A stretch of 22,931 nt of DNA. Origin: Elusimicrobiota bacterium. GTDB taxonomy: Bacteria; Elusimicrobiota; Elusimicrobia; UBA1565. The notes under the pieces were generated by a model that made no database searches, had not been told where the DNA came from, and saw only the letters and a list, made by a program, of their open reading frames with translations. Within the stretch, counting starts at the first letter, position 1, and each line of letters starts with the position of its first letter. The stretch covers positions 1 to 22,931 of the forward strand of contig JBDREN010000139.1 in assembly GCA_043819795.1 (NCBI GenBank), written 5' to 3'. The position numbers were made by a program, and so were the translations under genes. Of the stretch, positions 11,079 through 20,601 are shown one piece after another.

Positions 11079-12406
11079 TTCCCGCTCTCCGGGCCCGCCA
11101 GCTTTTCGATCCGGGCCATGATGAGGTTGATGTCGTAGAGGCTCCGCTTGGCGCCGAGCTTGGCCGAGGTCAGCTGCAGCTCGGCGTCGTTGAGCTGCAG
11201 CTGGCTTGCCTTCCCGGCTTTGAAGCTCGACAGGCTGATCCCGTAGGACTCCTCGGCCAGCTTGAGCGCTTCTTGGGCCGCCCGGTAGATCCCGACGGCC
11301 GAGGCGTATTCGGATAGGGCGGAGTCCAGCTCCGCGCCGAGGTCACGCCTCCTCTTGTCGTAGGCGAAAGAGGAGATGTTCCGGTCCCGCTCAGCCTCCT
11401 CCAGCGCGCCCCGCCACGTCCCGCCATGCCAGATCGGCACGCTCAACTGCACGCCGACCAGGAGGGAGGGGTCCCGGTAGAGGCTGCCGGGGATGGGGTC
11501 CTCGGCGTTCCCGTAGTAGCGGAACCGGGATAAGGCCGAAAGGGTGGGGAGGTTGTCCGCTTTTCTCAGCCGCACGATCTCGTCGTTGAGCCCGATCCGC
11601 CTTCGGGCCACCCGCAGAGACGGCTCATTGGCCGTCATCCGCTCCAAGAGCTCTGAGCGGGACTGCTCCGGGAACTCCTCGGACATCGCGTCGGTCAGCG
11701 CGACCTCGGCGTCCGCCTCGGCGCCGATCAGCCGCTTGAAGGCGATCATCAACGAGTTGTGCCGCCGCCGGGCCTCGAGCTTCGGAGGGACCCGGCTCTG
11801 CGCGTCGGCCGCCATCTTCACGTTGTCCACGCGCGAGGCCCTGCCCCCGCCCATGCGGGATGTCAGGGCTCGCTGGTTCTCCAGCGCGTTCTGGTAAGAC
11901 TCTTCGGCGATCGCCAAGGTGTCCTGGGCGAGCAGGATGGTCAGATACGCTTGCTTGGCGGCGAAGGAGACCTCATTGCGGGTAGCGTCCTGCGCGAGCC
12001 CCTCGAGGTCGATGGCCCGGCGGGCGATGTCGATGGCTGTGGAGACCTTGCCGAACGCCCAGAGCACCTGGGACAAGGTGGCGCCCGCCTCGAGCTCCCA
12101 GGCGCGCATCATCTCGACCTTCCGGGGCCCGCCCCCGAAGTCCGCGACCGTGATGGGCTTGTCCGCGTAATGGCTCCAGCGCAGGGAACCGTCGATCTGC
12201 GGGTAGGCCTGGCCCTTGACCTTGACGTAGGTGTCCTCCATCCGTTCCCGGCGCTCGCCGCCGATGCGGACATCCTCGCTTTGCTCTAGAGCCTTCTCGA
12301 TGGCTTGCTCGATCGACAACGAGAGCGGCGGGGCCGCCGCGGGGGTTTCCTGCGCCCGCACGGCGACGGGCACGAGCAGCGCGAGGAGGATCGCCGGAGG
12401 CGTCAT
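11075..12406 (-). CDS. TolC family outer membrane efflux protein, 443 aa
   Basis: Start ATG 12406 overlaps the tetR stop (ATGA). Signal peptide MTPPAILLALLVPVAVRA; LSIEQAIEKALEQS, YPQIDG, LPTLSA, VQLSVPIWHGG, FKAGKASQLQLNDAELQL are typical of the OEP repeats. Confidence 0.9.
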   Translation of the reverse strand: MTPPAILLALLVPVAVRAQETPAAAPPLSLSIEQAIEKALEQSEDVRIGGERRERMEDTYVKVKGQAYPQIDGSLRWSHYADKPITVADFGGGPRKVEMMRAWELEAGATLSQVLWAFGKVSTAIDIARRAIDLEGLAQDATRNEVSFAAKQAYLTILLAQDTLAIAEESYQNALENQRALTSRMGGGRASRVDNVKMAADAQSRVPPKLEARRRHNSLMIAFKRLIGAEADAEVALTDAMSEEFPEQSRSELLERMTANEPSLRVARRRIGLNDEIVRLRKADNLPTLSALSRFRYYGNAEDPIPGSLYRDPSLLVGVQLSVPIWHGGTWRGALEEAERDRNISSFAYDKRRRDLGAELDSALSEYASAVGIYRAAQEALKLAEESYGISLSSFKAGKASQLQLNDAELQLTSAKLGAKRSLYDINLIMARIEKLAGPESGK

Positions 12407-13002
12407 CCGCTCTTGCCCAGGCCCCTCGTCAGCAGGGTCATGAAATCGCCTTTCTTCGAGGCCAGGTTCTTGGGGCTCCCCTTCAGCTCCTTGAGGTCCA
12501 TGAACAACCGGAGCAGGGCGTTGAAATACAGGGCGCCGGTGAGCGTGTCGTGCCGTCTCAGGCTTCCTTCTTCGACGCACGCCCGGAGCCTGGCGGCCAC
12601 CTGCCGCAGATGAGCCTCGTGGCGCCGTTGCGTCCGCTCGCCGGCTTTCGAGCGCAATAGGTCCGGGTGTCCCCCCTTGAACACGATGATGAAGTCCTGG
12701 TGCTCGTCGATGAACGAGAGCGCGGTCGAGGCGGTTTCCCTCAGGCGCTCGAGGGCGGTCCCTTTCTCCGGGATCTCGTCGAGCCGCTCCTTCAACCGGT
12801 CGAGGATGTCGTCGAAGACGCCGCGCAGGAGGTCCATCTTGTCGTTGAAGTGGAGGTATAGGGTCCCCTTGGCGACGTCGGCGAGCCGCGCCACCTCGTC
12901 GAGGCGCAGTTCCTGGTATCCGCGGGCCGCGAGGGCCGCGCGCGCGGCGTTGAGGATGATCCTGCGCCGGACGTCCGGAGGCTGCGTGCGAGGCCGGGGC
13001 AT
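12403..13002 (-). CDS. TetR/AcrR family transcriptional regulator, 199 aa
   Basis: RRRIILNAARAALAARGYQELRLDEVARLADVAKGTLYLHFNDKMDL is a TetR HTH. ATG 13002 has GGAGGG just upstream; an in-frame ATG at 13095 is an alternative start. Confidence 0.93.
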   Translation of the reverse strand: MPRPRTQPPDVRRRIILNAARAALAARGYQELRLDEVARLADVAKGTLYLHFNDKMDLLRGVFDDILDRLKERLDEIPEKGTALERLRETASTALSFIDEHQDFIIVFKGGHPDLLRSKAGERTQRRHEAHLRQVAARLRACVEEGSLRRHDTLTGALYFNALLRLFMDLKELKGSPKNLASKKGDFMTLLTRGLGKSG

Positions 13003-13074
13003 GAGGCCCTCCAAAGGGCGGAGTCTCCGATGACTCCAGGGTGCAAGCGCCGCAGGGCCGGCCCGTGACGCTGG

Positions 13075-13096
13075 AATGACTGACCAGTCAGTCATT
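13075..13096. promoter_or_regulatory. Palindromic operator, probably bound by the adjacent TetR
   Basis: AATGACTGAC-ca-GTCAGTCATT, perfect 10-bp arms, overlapping the predicted transcription start of the efflux operon. Confidence 0.8.
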
Positions 13097-13100
13097 ATTG

Positions 13101-13129
13101 AGTATAGGCCCCGTCCCCCGCCCTGTCAA
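13101..13129 (-). promoter_or_regulatory. sigma70 promoter of the tetR-tolC-MFP-RND operon
   Basis: Minus strand TTGACA (13129-13124), 17 nt, TATACT (13106-13101). Confidence 0.8.
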
Positions 13130-13200
13130 GACCCAGCCCCGGTAACATTCTCGGCTGATCCGACACAAACTTAAGAGCGGGGAGAGCGGCGCCGGGAGAG

Positions 13201-13298
13201 CGGTGCCGTGCTTGACTTTCGGGACTTTCGGGACAAACCGGCGCAATCGGTGCTAGGCGTTAAATTCCAATAATTCCCAGAAGTCAAGCACGGCACCG
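13201..13298. repeat. 98-bp element with 18-bp perfect terminal inverted repeats (MITE/REPIN-like)
   Basis: cggtgccgtgcttgactt (13201-13218) and aagtcaagcacggcaccg (13281-13298). Internal direct repeat gactttcgg x2. No obvious target-site duplication. Confidence 0.7.
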
Positions 13299-13462
13299 AT
13301 ATACGGTTGCCGCTGGCGGCGGGTTTGTTGCTTCGATTATGGAGTGGAGGTCGCGCGGGAGCCGATGGGCAGACCGCGCCGCGGACAATTTATTAGAATA
13401 TTATCTCGCGCGCCCGCGAGGCAAGGGGGGGCGGGGCGAACCCGGGGAGGCGGAGGGATCGA

Positions 13463-14391
<929 letters not shown>

Positions 14392-14395
<4 letters not shown>

Positions 14396-15342
14396 AGGAC
14401 GCGAGGGCGAAGCACAAGAAGGGAGAGACGGCGCGCCGGACCTCCGGCGAGGAGGGCGGTCCGCTCGAGGCGGTGGTGGATTCTCTGTGCGCGGCCGGCG
14501 ACGGCCTCCGCGGGCACATGAGCAGGGGGGCGAGCCCGAGCGGCCGGTCGCTTCCGTCGCGGGACGCGGTGATCGACATGGTCGAGGGGCTCCGTTCGGT
14601 GCTCTTCCCCGGCTTCTTCGGCGCCTCCCAGTCGGCCGGCGAGAGCGTGCGGTTCTACGTGGGCGCGACCCTCGACCGGGTCCAGCGGACCATGCGGGAG
14701 CAGGTCATACGGGGCCTGTGCTTCGCCTGCGAGAAGGACATCGGGGAGTGCTCGGCGTCCGAATGCGAGGCCCGGGCCCTGGCCAAGACCAGGGAGTTCG
14801 TCTCCGGCCTGCCCGAGCTGCGCAGGCTCCTCGCCACGGACGTGAAGGCGCACTTCGAGGGGGACCCGGCCGCCACCAGCCCCGACGAGACGATCCTGTG
14901 CTATCCGGGCATGCTGGCGATCACCAACTACCGGATCGCCCACGCCCTGCATAAGCTCGAGGTCCCGCTCATCCCGAGGATCATCACCGAGCACGCCCAC
15001 TCCATCACGGGCATCGACATCCACCCCGGCGCGTCCATCGGCGAGGGCTTCTTCATCGATCACGGCACGGGGGTGGTGATCGGGGAGACCTGCGTCATCG
15101 GCAGGGGCGTGCGCATGTACCAGGGGGTGACCCTGGGCGCGAAGAGCTTCCCCCTCGACGAGCACGGGAACCCCATCAAGGGAATCGACCGGCACCCGGT
15201 CGTCGAGGACGACGTGATCATCTACGCCGGTGCGACGATCCTCGGGCGGGTGGTGATCGGGCGCGAGTCCATCATCGGCGGCAACGTCTGGCTGACCCAC
15301 GGCGTGCCGCCCCGCAGCCGCATCACCCAGAAGGAGTCCTAG
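14392..15342 (+). CDS. cysE: Serine O-acetyltransferase (long N-terminus, EpsC-like type), 316 aa
   Basis: True start is ATG 14392 overlapping the cysK stop (ATGA); the track's 13339 extension is spurious. [65 protein letters not shown]. Confidence 0.93.
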
Positions 15343-15380
15343 CGCCAGGCGCGGGGCGCGACCGGATCCGGAGGAAGGAG

Positions 15381-16334
15381 ATGGCCTGGAACTACAGCGA
15401 GAAGACCAAGCAGCTCTTCATGGACGCGGTCCATGGGAAGCCGGGCAGCCACCTGGGGGAGATCCAGAACCCCGACGGCTTCGGTGAGAACGGGTCCATC
15501 GTCTGCGGGGACGCCCTGCGGGTCACCTTCCGGGTGAAGCGGCACGCCGAGGACCCCGTTAAGGACGTGATCGTCGAGGCCAAATACCTGACCTTCGGGT
15601 GCACGTCGGCCATCGCCGCGTCGGAGGCCTTGTGCTCGCTCATCGAGAAGGGGGGCCATACCCCCATCGAGTCGCTGAAGATCAAGAACAAGGACATCGT
15701 GGAGTTCCTCGGGGGCCTGCCCGAGCAGAAGGTCCACTGCTCGGTGATGGGCGCCGAGGCCCTGGAGGCCGCGGTGTTCAACTGGGCGCAGCGGCGCGGC
15801 GTCGACCTGGAGCGGCACGGGTTTAAGATCCGCCCCAACGAGCAGCAGGAGGGACGGACGGTCTGCAAGTGCTTCTCGCTCAGCGAGCCCTATCTTAGGC
15901 GGAAGATCAAGGATCTCGAGCTGCGCACGATCGCGGACATCACCTACGCCGTGAAGGCCGGGGGCGCGTGCGCCTCCTGCCACCATGTCCCGGGCGGGCT
16001 CCAGGACCTCCTCGACGACGCATGGGGCAAGGCCGAGGCGCCCGCGGGCGCGGCCTCGGCAGGTGCCGCCGCGGACGGGGGCGAGGCGGAGCCCGCCCTT
16101 TCCCCGTACCTGTTCAGCAAGAAGGTGGAGAGGGCCATGGAGGAGCTCGTCCGGCCCATGCTCCGCAAGGACGGCGGCGACGTGGAGATCGTGGACATCA
16201 AGGACAACTTGGTCTACTGCCGGCTGGCGGGCGCCTGCAGGGGCTGCCCGAGCGCGGGCTTCACGCTGAAGTCCTCGGTCGAGAAGACCCTGAAGGATGC
16301 GGTGGACCAGCGCGTGCGGGTCATCGAGGTCTGA
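15381..16334 (+). CDS. nifU: Three-domain NifU-type Fe-S cluster scaffold (IscU-like, BFD-like [2Fe-2S], Nfu C-terminal)
   Basis: GSIVCGDAL, FGCTSAIA, KVHCS; VCKCF..AGGACASCH; LRKDGGDVEIVDI..GACRGCPSAGFTLK; RBS GGAGGAAGGAG. Confidence 0.93.
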   Translation: MAWNYSEKTKQLFMDAVHGKPGSHLGEIQNPDGFGENGSIVCGDALRVTFRVKRHAEDPVKDVIVEAKYLTFGCTSAIAASEALCSLIEKGGHTPIESLKIKNKDIVEFLGGLPEQKVHCSVMGAEALEAAVFNWAQRRGVDLERHGFKIRPNEQQEGRTVCKCFSLSEPYLRRKIKDLELRTIADITYAVKAGGACASCHHVPGGLQDLLDDAWGKAEAPAGAASAGAAADGGEAEPALSPYLFSKKVERAMEELVRPMLRKDGGDVEIVDIKDNLVYCRLAGACRGCPSAGFTLKSSVEKTLKDAVDQRVRVIEV

Positions 16335-16350
16335 TAGGGGAAGCCGAGGG

Positions 16351-17571
16351 ATGGAAACCATCTACGCGGACAACAACGCCACCACGAGCGTCGCGCCGGA
16401 GGTCATCGAGGCGATGCTCCCCTTCCTGAAGGAGGGCTATTTCAACCCCAGCTCCATGTATGAGCCGGCGCGCGGGGTCGCCGCCGCGCTGACGAAGGCT
16501 CGCGGGACGGTCGCCAGGCATTTCGGGATGATCGATCCCAAGGAGATCCTCTTCACTTCCTGCGCCACGGAGAGCAACAACACGGCGATCATGGGCACGG
16601 CCAAGGCCAATCCGGGCCGACGCCACATCGTCACCACGTCCGTCGAGCATCCGGCCGTGCTCGAGGTGTGCAAGGACCTGCGGCGCAACGGTTACGAGGT
16701 GAGCTTTATCCCGGTGGACGGGGACGGGAAGCTGGACATCGCCGCCTTCGTGCGCGCGCTCACCCCGAAGACGCTCATGGTGAGCGTGATGCACGCCAAC
16801 AACGAGACCGGCGTGGTCTTCCCCGTCGAGCAGCTCTCGCGCCTGACCAAGGAGACGGACCCGTCCATCGTATTCCACACGGACGCGACCCAATCCGTGG
16901 GCAAGCTCCCGATCGCGCTGCACGCGGAGTACCGGCACGTGGACATGCTCTCCTTCTCGGGCCATAAGCTCCACGCGCCCAAGGGGGTCGGGGCGCTTTT
17001 CATGAGGCGGGGCACCCCCTGCCGGCCCTTCATGATCGGCGGGCACCAGGAGGAGGGCAGGCGCGGGGGGACGGAGAACGTGCCGTACATCGTGGGGCTG
17101 GCCCGGGCCCTGGAGCTCGCCGAGGAGAGCCGCGTCGACGAGGCCCGGGTGGAGGGGCTGCGGGACCGCCTGGAAAAGGCCATCGTGGAGAAGATCCCCA
17201 ACGTGCAGGTCAGCGGCAAGGGGGCGCCGCGGCTGCCGAACACGCTGAACGTGTCGTGCCACTTCGTGGAGGGAGAGGGGATGCTCTACCAGCTGAGCGC
17301 GGAGGGCATCTGCGCCTCCAGCGGCTCGGCCTGCACGTCCGGCTCGCTCGAGCCTTCCCACGTGCTGTTGGCCATGAAGGTCCCGTTCACCGCGGTCCAC
17401 GGGTCCATCCGCTTCAGCCTCAGCCGCTTCAGCACCGAAGCGGACATCGACCGGATCATCGAGGTCTTCCCCGGCATCGTGGCGAACCTGCGGAGGATCT
17501 CCCCGTACTGGGATCAGAAGGCGAACAGGCCCCGGCCCGACGCGAATGACCTGATCCGGAGCGAGCGCTGA
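16351..17571 (+). CDS. nifS: Group I cysteine desulfurase (NifS/IscS), 406 aa
   Basis: Start ATG 16351 (METIYADNNATT); NPSS, ATESNN, EHPAV, HANNETG, HTDATQ, SGHKLHAPKG, SSGSACTS. Confidence 0.95.
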   Translation: METIYADNNATTSVAPEVIEAMLPFLKEGYFNPSSMYEPARGVAAALTKARGTVARHFGMIDPKEILFTSCATESNNTAIMGTAKANPGRRHIVTTSVEHPAVLEVCKDLRRNGYEVSFIPVDGDGKLDIAAFVRALTPKTLMVSVMHANNETGVVFPVEQLSRLTKETDPSIVFHTDATQSVGKLPIALHAEYRHVDMLSFSGHKLHAPKGVGALFMRRGTPCRPFMIGGHQEEGRRGGTENVPYIVGLARALELAEESRVDEARVEGLRDRLEKAIVEKIPNVQVSGKGAPRLPNTLNVSCHFVEGEGMLYQLSAEGICASSGSACTSGSLEPSHVLLAMKVPFTAVHGSIRFSLSRFSTEADIDRIIEVFPGIVANLRRISPYWDQKANRPRPDANDLIRSER

Positions 17572-17596
17572 GCCTCTGTTTAGAGGCGGGGTATTT

Positions 17597-18919
17597 GTGA
17601 CCGGAACGATATCGACAGTCGCGGCCGGCTTTTGGGCCACCCTGTGCCAGATGGCGCCCTATCTGCTGCTGGGTTTCGCCGTCGCGGGGATACTTTCGGT
17701 GCTCGTCTCGCCCGAGACCGTGGAGCGGCATCTGGGCGGCAGGCTCCGCCCGATATGGGCGGTGGTCAAGGCCACCTTGTTTGGCATCCCCCTGCCGCTC
17801 TGCTCCTGCGGCGTGATCCCGGTCGCGGCTTCCCTCAGGAGGCACGGGGCCAGCCGCGGGGCCGCCACCTCCTTCTTGATCTCGACGCCTCAGACCGGCG
17901 TCGACAGCATCCTGGTCACCTACAGCCTGCTTGGCCCCGTGTTCGCCGTGTTCCGGCCGCTGGCCGCGTTCGCCGGAGGCATCATCGGGGGGGCGGCGGT
18001 CTCGGCCTTCGGCGAGGACGGCGACGCGGGCGCGCCCGCCGCGTCCGCCGCCTGCACCGACAGCTGCTGCGCCGGGCCCAGGCGCGGCAAGCTCCTCGAC
18101 GCCCTGCGCTACGGCTTCGTGGCGCTGCCCAAGGACATCGGCTCCGCGATGTTCATAGGCCTGCTCGTCGCGGGCTTCATCTCCGCGCTGGTCCCCCCGC
18201 AGTACTTCCATGAGCTCCTCGGCCCCATGGAGGGCGGCGTCGGCGGGGCCGGGGCGAGCTTGGCGTCCATGTCCGTCATGATGCTGGTGGGCATTCCCGT
18301 CTATGTGTGCGCCACGGCCTCGGTGCCCATCGCCGCCGCGCTCATAGCCAAGGGGATATCGCCGGGCGCGGCCCTGGTGTTCCTGATGACGGGTCCGGCG
18401 ACGAACGCGGCGACGATCAGCACGATCTGGAAGGTGATGGGCAAAAGGACGGCGGCGATCTATCTCGCCACGGTGGCCGGCACCGCGTTCGCGTCCGGGT
18501 TGATCCTCGACCTCGCGTTCCCGGGGGTCGGGGCCCTGGTGGCCGAGCACGCGAGCCACGCGGAGACGGGCCCGCTGGCCACGGTCAGCGGCGTCATCCT
18601 ATTGGCCGTCATGGCGCCGGCCGTCATGCCGCGGCGGCTGTCGCGCTACCTTTGGGGGGCGAAGTCCGCCGCGGAGGGCGTGAAGATGGCCGGAGAGAAT
18701 ACGGGAGAGGTGATGGCGTTGACGGTCAAAGGCATGACGTGCGCCCACTGCAAGAGCAGCGTCACGCGCGCGCTTTCGGAGTGCGAGGGCGTCGCGTCGG
18801 TCGAGGTGGACCTCGACGCCGGCAGGGCCGTGGTGCGCGGCGACCGGCTGGAGGCGTCCCGCCTGATCGCGGCCGTGGAGGGGCTAGGCTTCACGGCGGC
18901 CGCGGAAGAGGCGGCCTGA
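17597..18919 (+). CDS. DUF318/ArsP-like permease (SO_0444-like metal efflux family) fused to a C-terminal HMA domain
   Basis: Multiple hydrophobic helices with paired motifs PLPLCSCGVIP and PVYVCATASVP, GPATN, central loop ACTDSCC, C-terminal LTVKGMTCAHCKSSVTRAL (HMA). Confidence 0.85.
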   Translation: MTGTISTVAAGFWATLCQMAPYLLLGFAVAGILSVLVSPETVERHLGGRLRPIWAVVKATLFGIPLPLCSCGVIPVAASLRRHGASRGAATSFLISTPQTGVDSILVTYSLLGPVFAVFRPLAAFAGGIIGGAAVSAFGEDGDAGAPAASAACTDSCCAGPRRGKLLDALRYGFVALPKDIGSAMFIGLLVAGFISALVPPQYFHELLGPMEGGVGGAGASLASMSVMMLVGIPVYVCATASVPIAAALIAKGISPGAALVFLMTGPATNAATISTIWKVMGKRTAAIYLATVAGTAFASGLILDLAFPGVGALVAEHASHAETGPLATVSGVILLAVMAPAVMPRRLSRYLWGAKSAAEGVKMAGENTGEVMALTVKGMTCAHCKSSVTRALSECEGVASVEVDLDAGRAVVRGDRLEASRLIAAVEGLGFTAAAEEAA

Positions 18920-18925
18920 ACGGCA

Positions 18926-18954
18926 TTGACGCGTCGCTCCGAGCGGCATATTAT
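18926..18954 (+). promoter_or_regulatory. sigma70 promoter for the preA-like gene
   Basis: TTGACG (18926-18931), 17 nt, TATTAT (18949-18954); RBS GAGGAGG at 18982-18988. Confidence 0.7.
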
Positions 18955-18995
18955 TTGAGGGGGACGTCGACGACGTCCCGTGAGGAGGATCAGCG

Positions 18996-20222
18996 ATGGT
19001 GACTTTAAGAACGGATTTCCTGGGATTCGGGCTCGACAATCCCTTCATCCTGGCGTCGGCGCCCCCGACGAAGGACTACGAGTCGATCAAGAAGGCCTTC
19101 GAGGCCGGATGGGCGGGCGCCGTCACCAAGAGCATCGGCGTGACCCCGTTCACCGACGTCATGCCGCGGATCGCCCATATCAAGGAAGGGGGAAGGGTCA
19201 TCGCGACGCAGAACTTCGAGATGGGGACCATCTACTCCCTCGAGGATTGGATCGGCATCGTCAACCGCCTGAAGGACGAGTTCCCGGGCAAGCTCGTCTA
19301 CGCGAGCATCATCGCCGCGGCCAACGAGGACGACTGGCGCTCCATGGCGGGCAAGCTCGCCGGCTCCAAGGTCGACGGCATTGAGCTGAACCTCTCCTGC
19401 CCGCACCTCACCCACAAGGGGGAAGGCGCCGTGGTGGGCGAGAACGGCGAGCTGGCGGGCCGGATAGTGCGCTGGGTGAAGAGCGAGGTCGGCTCGGAGA
19501 AGAAGATCATGCCGAAGCTGACCTACGCCGCCGGGCTCAAGATAGGCAGCGTCGCCAAGAGCTGCGTGGAGAACGGCGCCGACGCCATCGCGGCGATCAA
19601 CACGATCCTGGGCCTGTGCGAAATAGACAAGCAGACCCTGAAGCCCAAGCTGCACTTGAACGGGAAGACGGCTTACTGCGGCATGTCCGCGGGCGCCATG
19701 AGGCCGCTCGGGCGCTACGCCGTGGCGGAGATCGCCAAGGCCGTGGACCCCGAGAAGTTTCCGATCTCCGCGACGGGCGGGATCTCGGACCTCGACTCGA
19801 CGGTCGAATACCTGGCTCTCGGGGCGAACAACCTGCAGGTCTGCTCCGCGGTCATGAACCGCGGCTACAGGAGGGGATACGGCATGGTCTTCAGGCTCAA
19901 GGAGGAGCTTCTGGCCTACATGGAGGCGCACCGCTTCGAGTCCATCGCCGACTTCAGGGGCAAAGCCCTCCCCAGAGTGGTCCCCTACACCGAGCTCGAC
20001 GGCAGGAAGAGGGTCGCCAGGAAGGTGGAGGGCGTCAAATGCACGGGTTGCGGCATGTGCGAGGACGCCTGCATGTACGACGCCATCACGGCCAGCAAGG
20101 AGACGAAGTCCGTCGTCATCGACTCCGAGAAGTGCGACGGCTGCGGCAGCTGCGTGTCGATGTGCAAGTTCAACCACCTCGAGATGGTTCTGGTGGAGGC
20201 GCCGGTAGATACGCACGCCTGA
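18996..20222 (+). CDS. preA: Dihydropyrimidine dehydrogenase PreA-like subunit (FMN TIM barrel plus two [4Fe-4S] motifs)
   Basis: NPFILASAPPT..AFEAGWAGAVTKS, ELNLSCPH, MPKLT, AINT, ISATGGI, LQVCSAVM; CTGCGMCEDAC and CDGCGSCVSMC. The exact substrate is not established. Confidence 0.78.
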   Translation: MVTLRTDFLGFGLDNPFILASAPPTKDYESIKKAFEAGWAGAVTKSIGVTPFTDVMPRIAHIKEGGRVIATQNFEMGTIYSLEDWIGIVNRLKDEFPGKLVYASIIAAANEDDWRSMAGKLAGSKVDGIELNLSCPHLTHKGEGAVVGENGELAGRIVRWVKSEVGSEKKIMPKLTYAAGLKIGSVAKSCVENGADAIAAINTILGLCEIDKQTLKPKLHLNGKTAYCGMSAGAMRPLGRYAVAEIAKAVDPEKFPISATGGISDLDSTVEYLALGANNLQVCSAVMNRGYRRGYGMVFRLKEELLAYMEAHRFESIADFRGKALPRVVPYTELDGRKRVARKVEGVKCTGCGMCEDACMYDAITASKETKSVVIDSEKCDGCGSCVSMCKFNHLEMVLVEAPVDTHA

Positions 20223-20325
20223 ATACCCGCACCGGAGTCCAACGCCCGACGGAGGGCCTCCGGCACGGCGCCCCTGCCGGGGTCGACGCTTCGGCGCGAA
20301 TCTCCAGCCGAGCGGTTCTCCGGGG

Positions 20326-20372
20326 AAGCACGCGGCGAGAGGTCCGGTCCGGGACCTCTCGCCGTGTGCTTT
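20326..20372. terminator. 20-bp stem hairpin between convergent genes, likely terminator
   Basis: aagcacgcggcgagaggtcc (20326-20345) pairs with ggacctctcgccgtgtgctt (20352-20371), one G-U pair, 6-nt loop; short T runs only. Confidence 0.6.
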
Positions 20373-20386
20373 AGCGGAAGCGGCTG

Positions 20387-20473
20387 CTACTTCTTTTTCG
20401 CAGCCTTCTTCTTCGTCGCCTTCTTGGGTTTCTTGGCCTTTTTCTTCGCCCCGCAGCTGCAACCACACTTCAT
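20387..20473 (-). CDS. 28-aa basic micro-protein MKCGCSCGAKKKAKKPKKATKKKAAKKK
   Basis: Below the ORF-track size cutoff. ATG 20473, TAG 20389-20387, RBS GGAGGTGA just upstream, own promoter, downstream hairpin. Confidence 0.8.
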   Translation of the reverse strand: MKCGCSCGAKKKAKKPKKATKKKAAKKK

Positions 20474-20508
20474 AGGCCGTCACCTCCCCTGTTTCAGGAT
20501 GCGAAGCA

Positions 20509-20537
20509 AGTGTAAGGGGAAACTCTCCCGATGTCAA
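20509..20537 (-). promoter_or_regulatory. sigma70 promoter for the 28-aa gene
   Basis: Minus strand TTGACA (20537-20532), 17 nt, TACACT (20514-20509). Confidence 0.75.
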
Positions 20538-20601
20538 CACCGGCGGGCGCCCGTTTATTCCTTCCAGCCCTCCTTCAGATAATGAGCCCGGGTCGCCGGT
20601 G

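Noticed and set aside
7372..12406. TolC/MFP operon as a type I secretion system for the neighbouring adhesins
   Set aside because: The inner-membrane component is RND, not an ABC transporter, and the adhesins carry Sec signal peptides and no RTX repeats; adjacency alone is insufficient.
10408..12580. Track N-terminal extensions of the RND (to 10962) and TolC (to 12580) ORFs
   Set aside because: They overlap the adaptor and tetR genes; coupled starts at 10407 and 12406 give proper N-termini.
13386..13404. AT-rich patch with TAGAAT upstream of cysK as a promoter or Rrf2-type operator
   Set aside because: A plausible -10 box but with no matching -35 and no convincing dyad; not supportable as a specific site.
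15381..17571. nifU/nifS as evidence of nitrogen fixation
   Set aside because: No nitrogenase structural or cofactor genes are in the window, and NifSU also occurs in non-diazotrophs.
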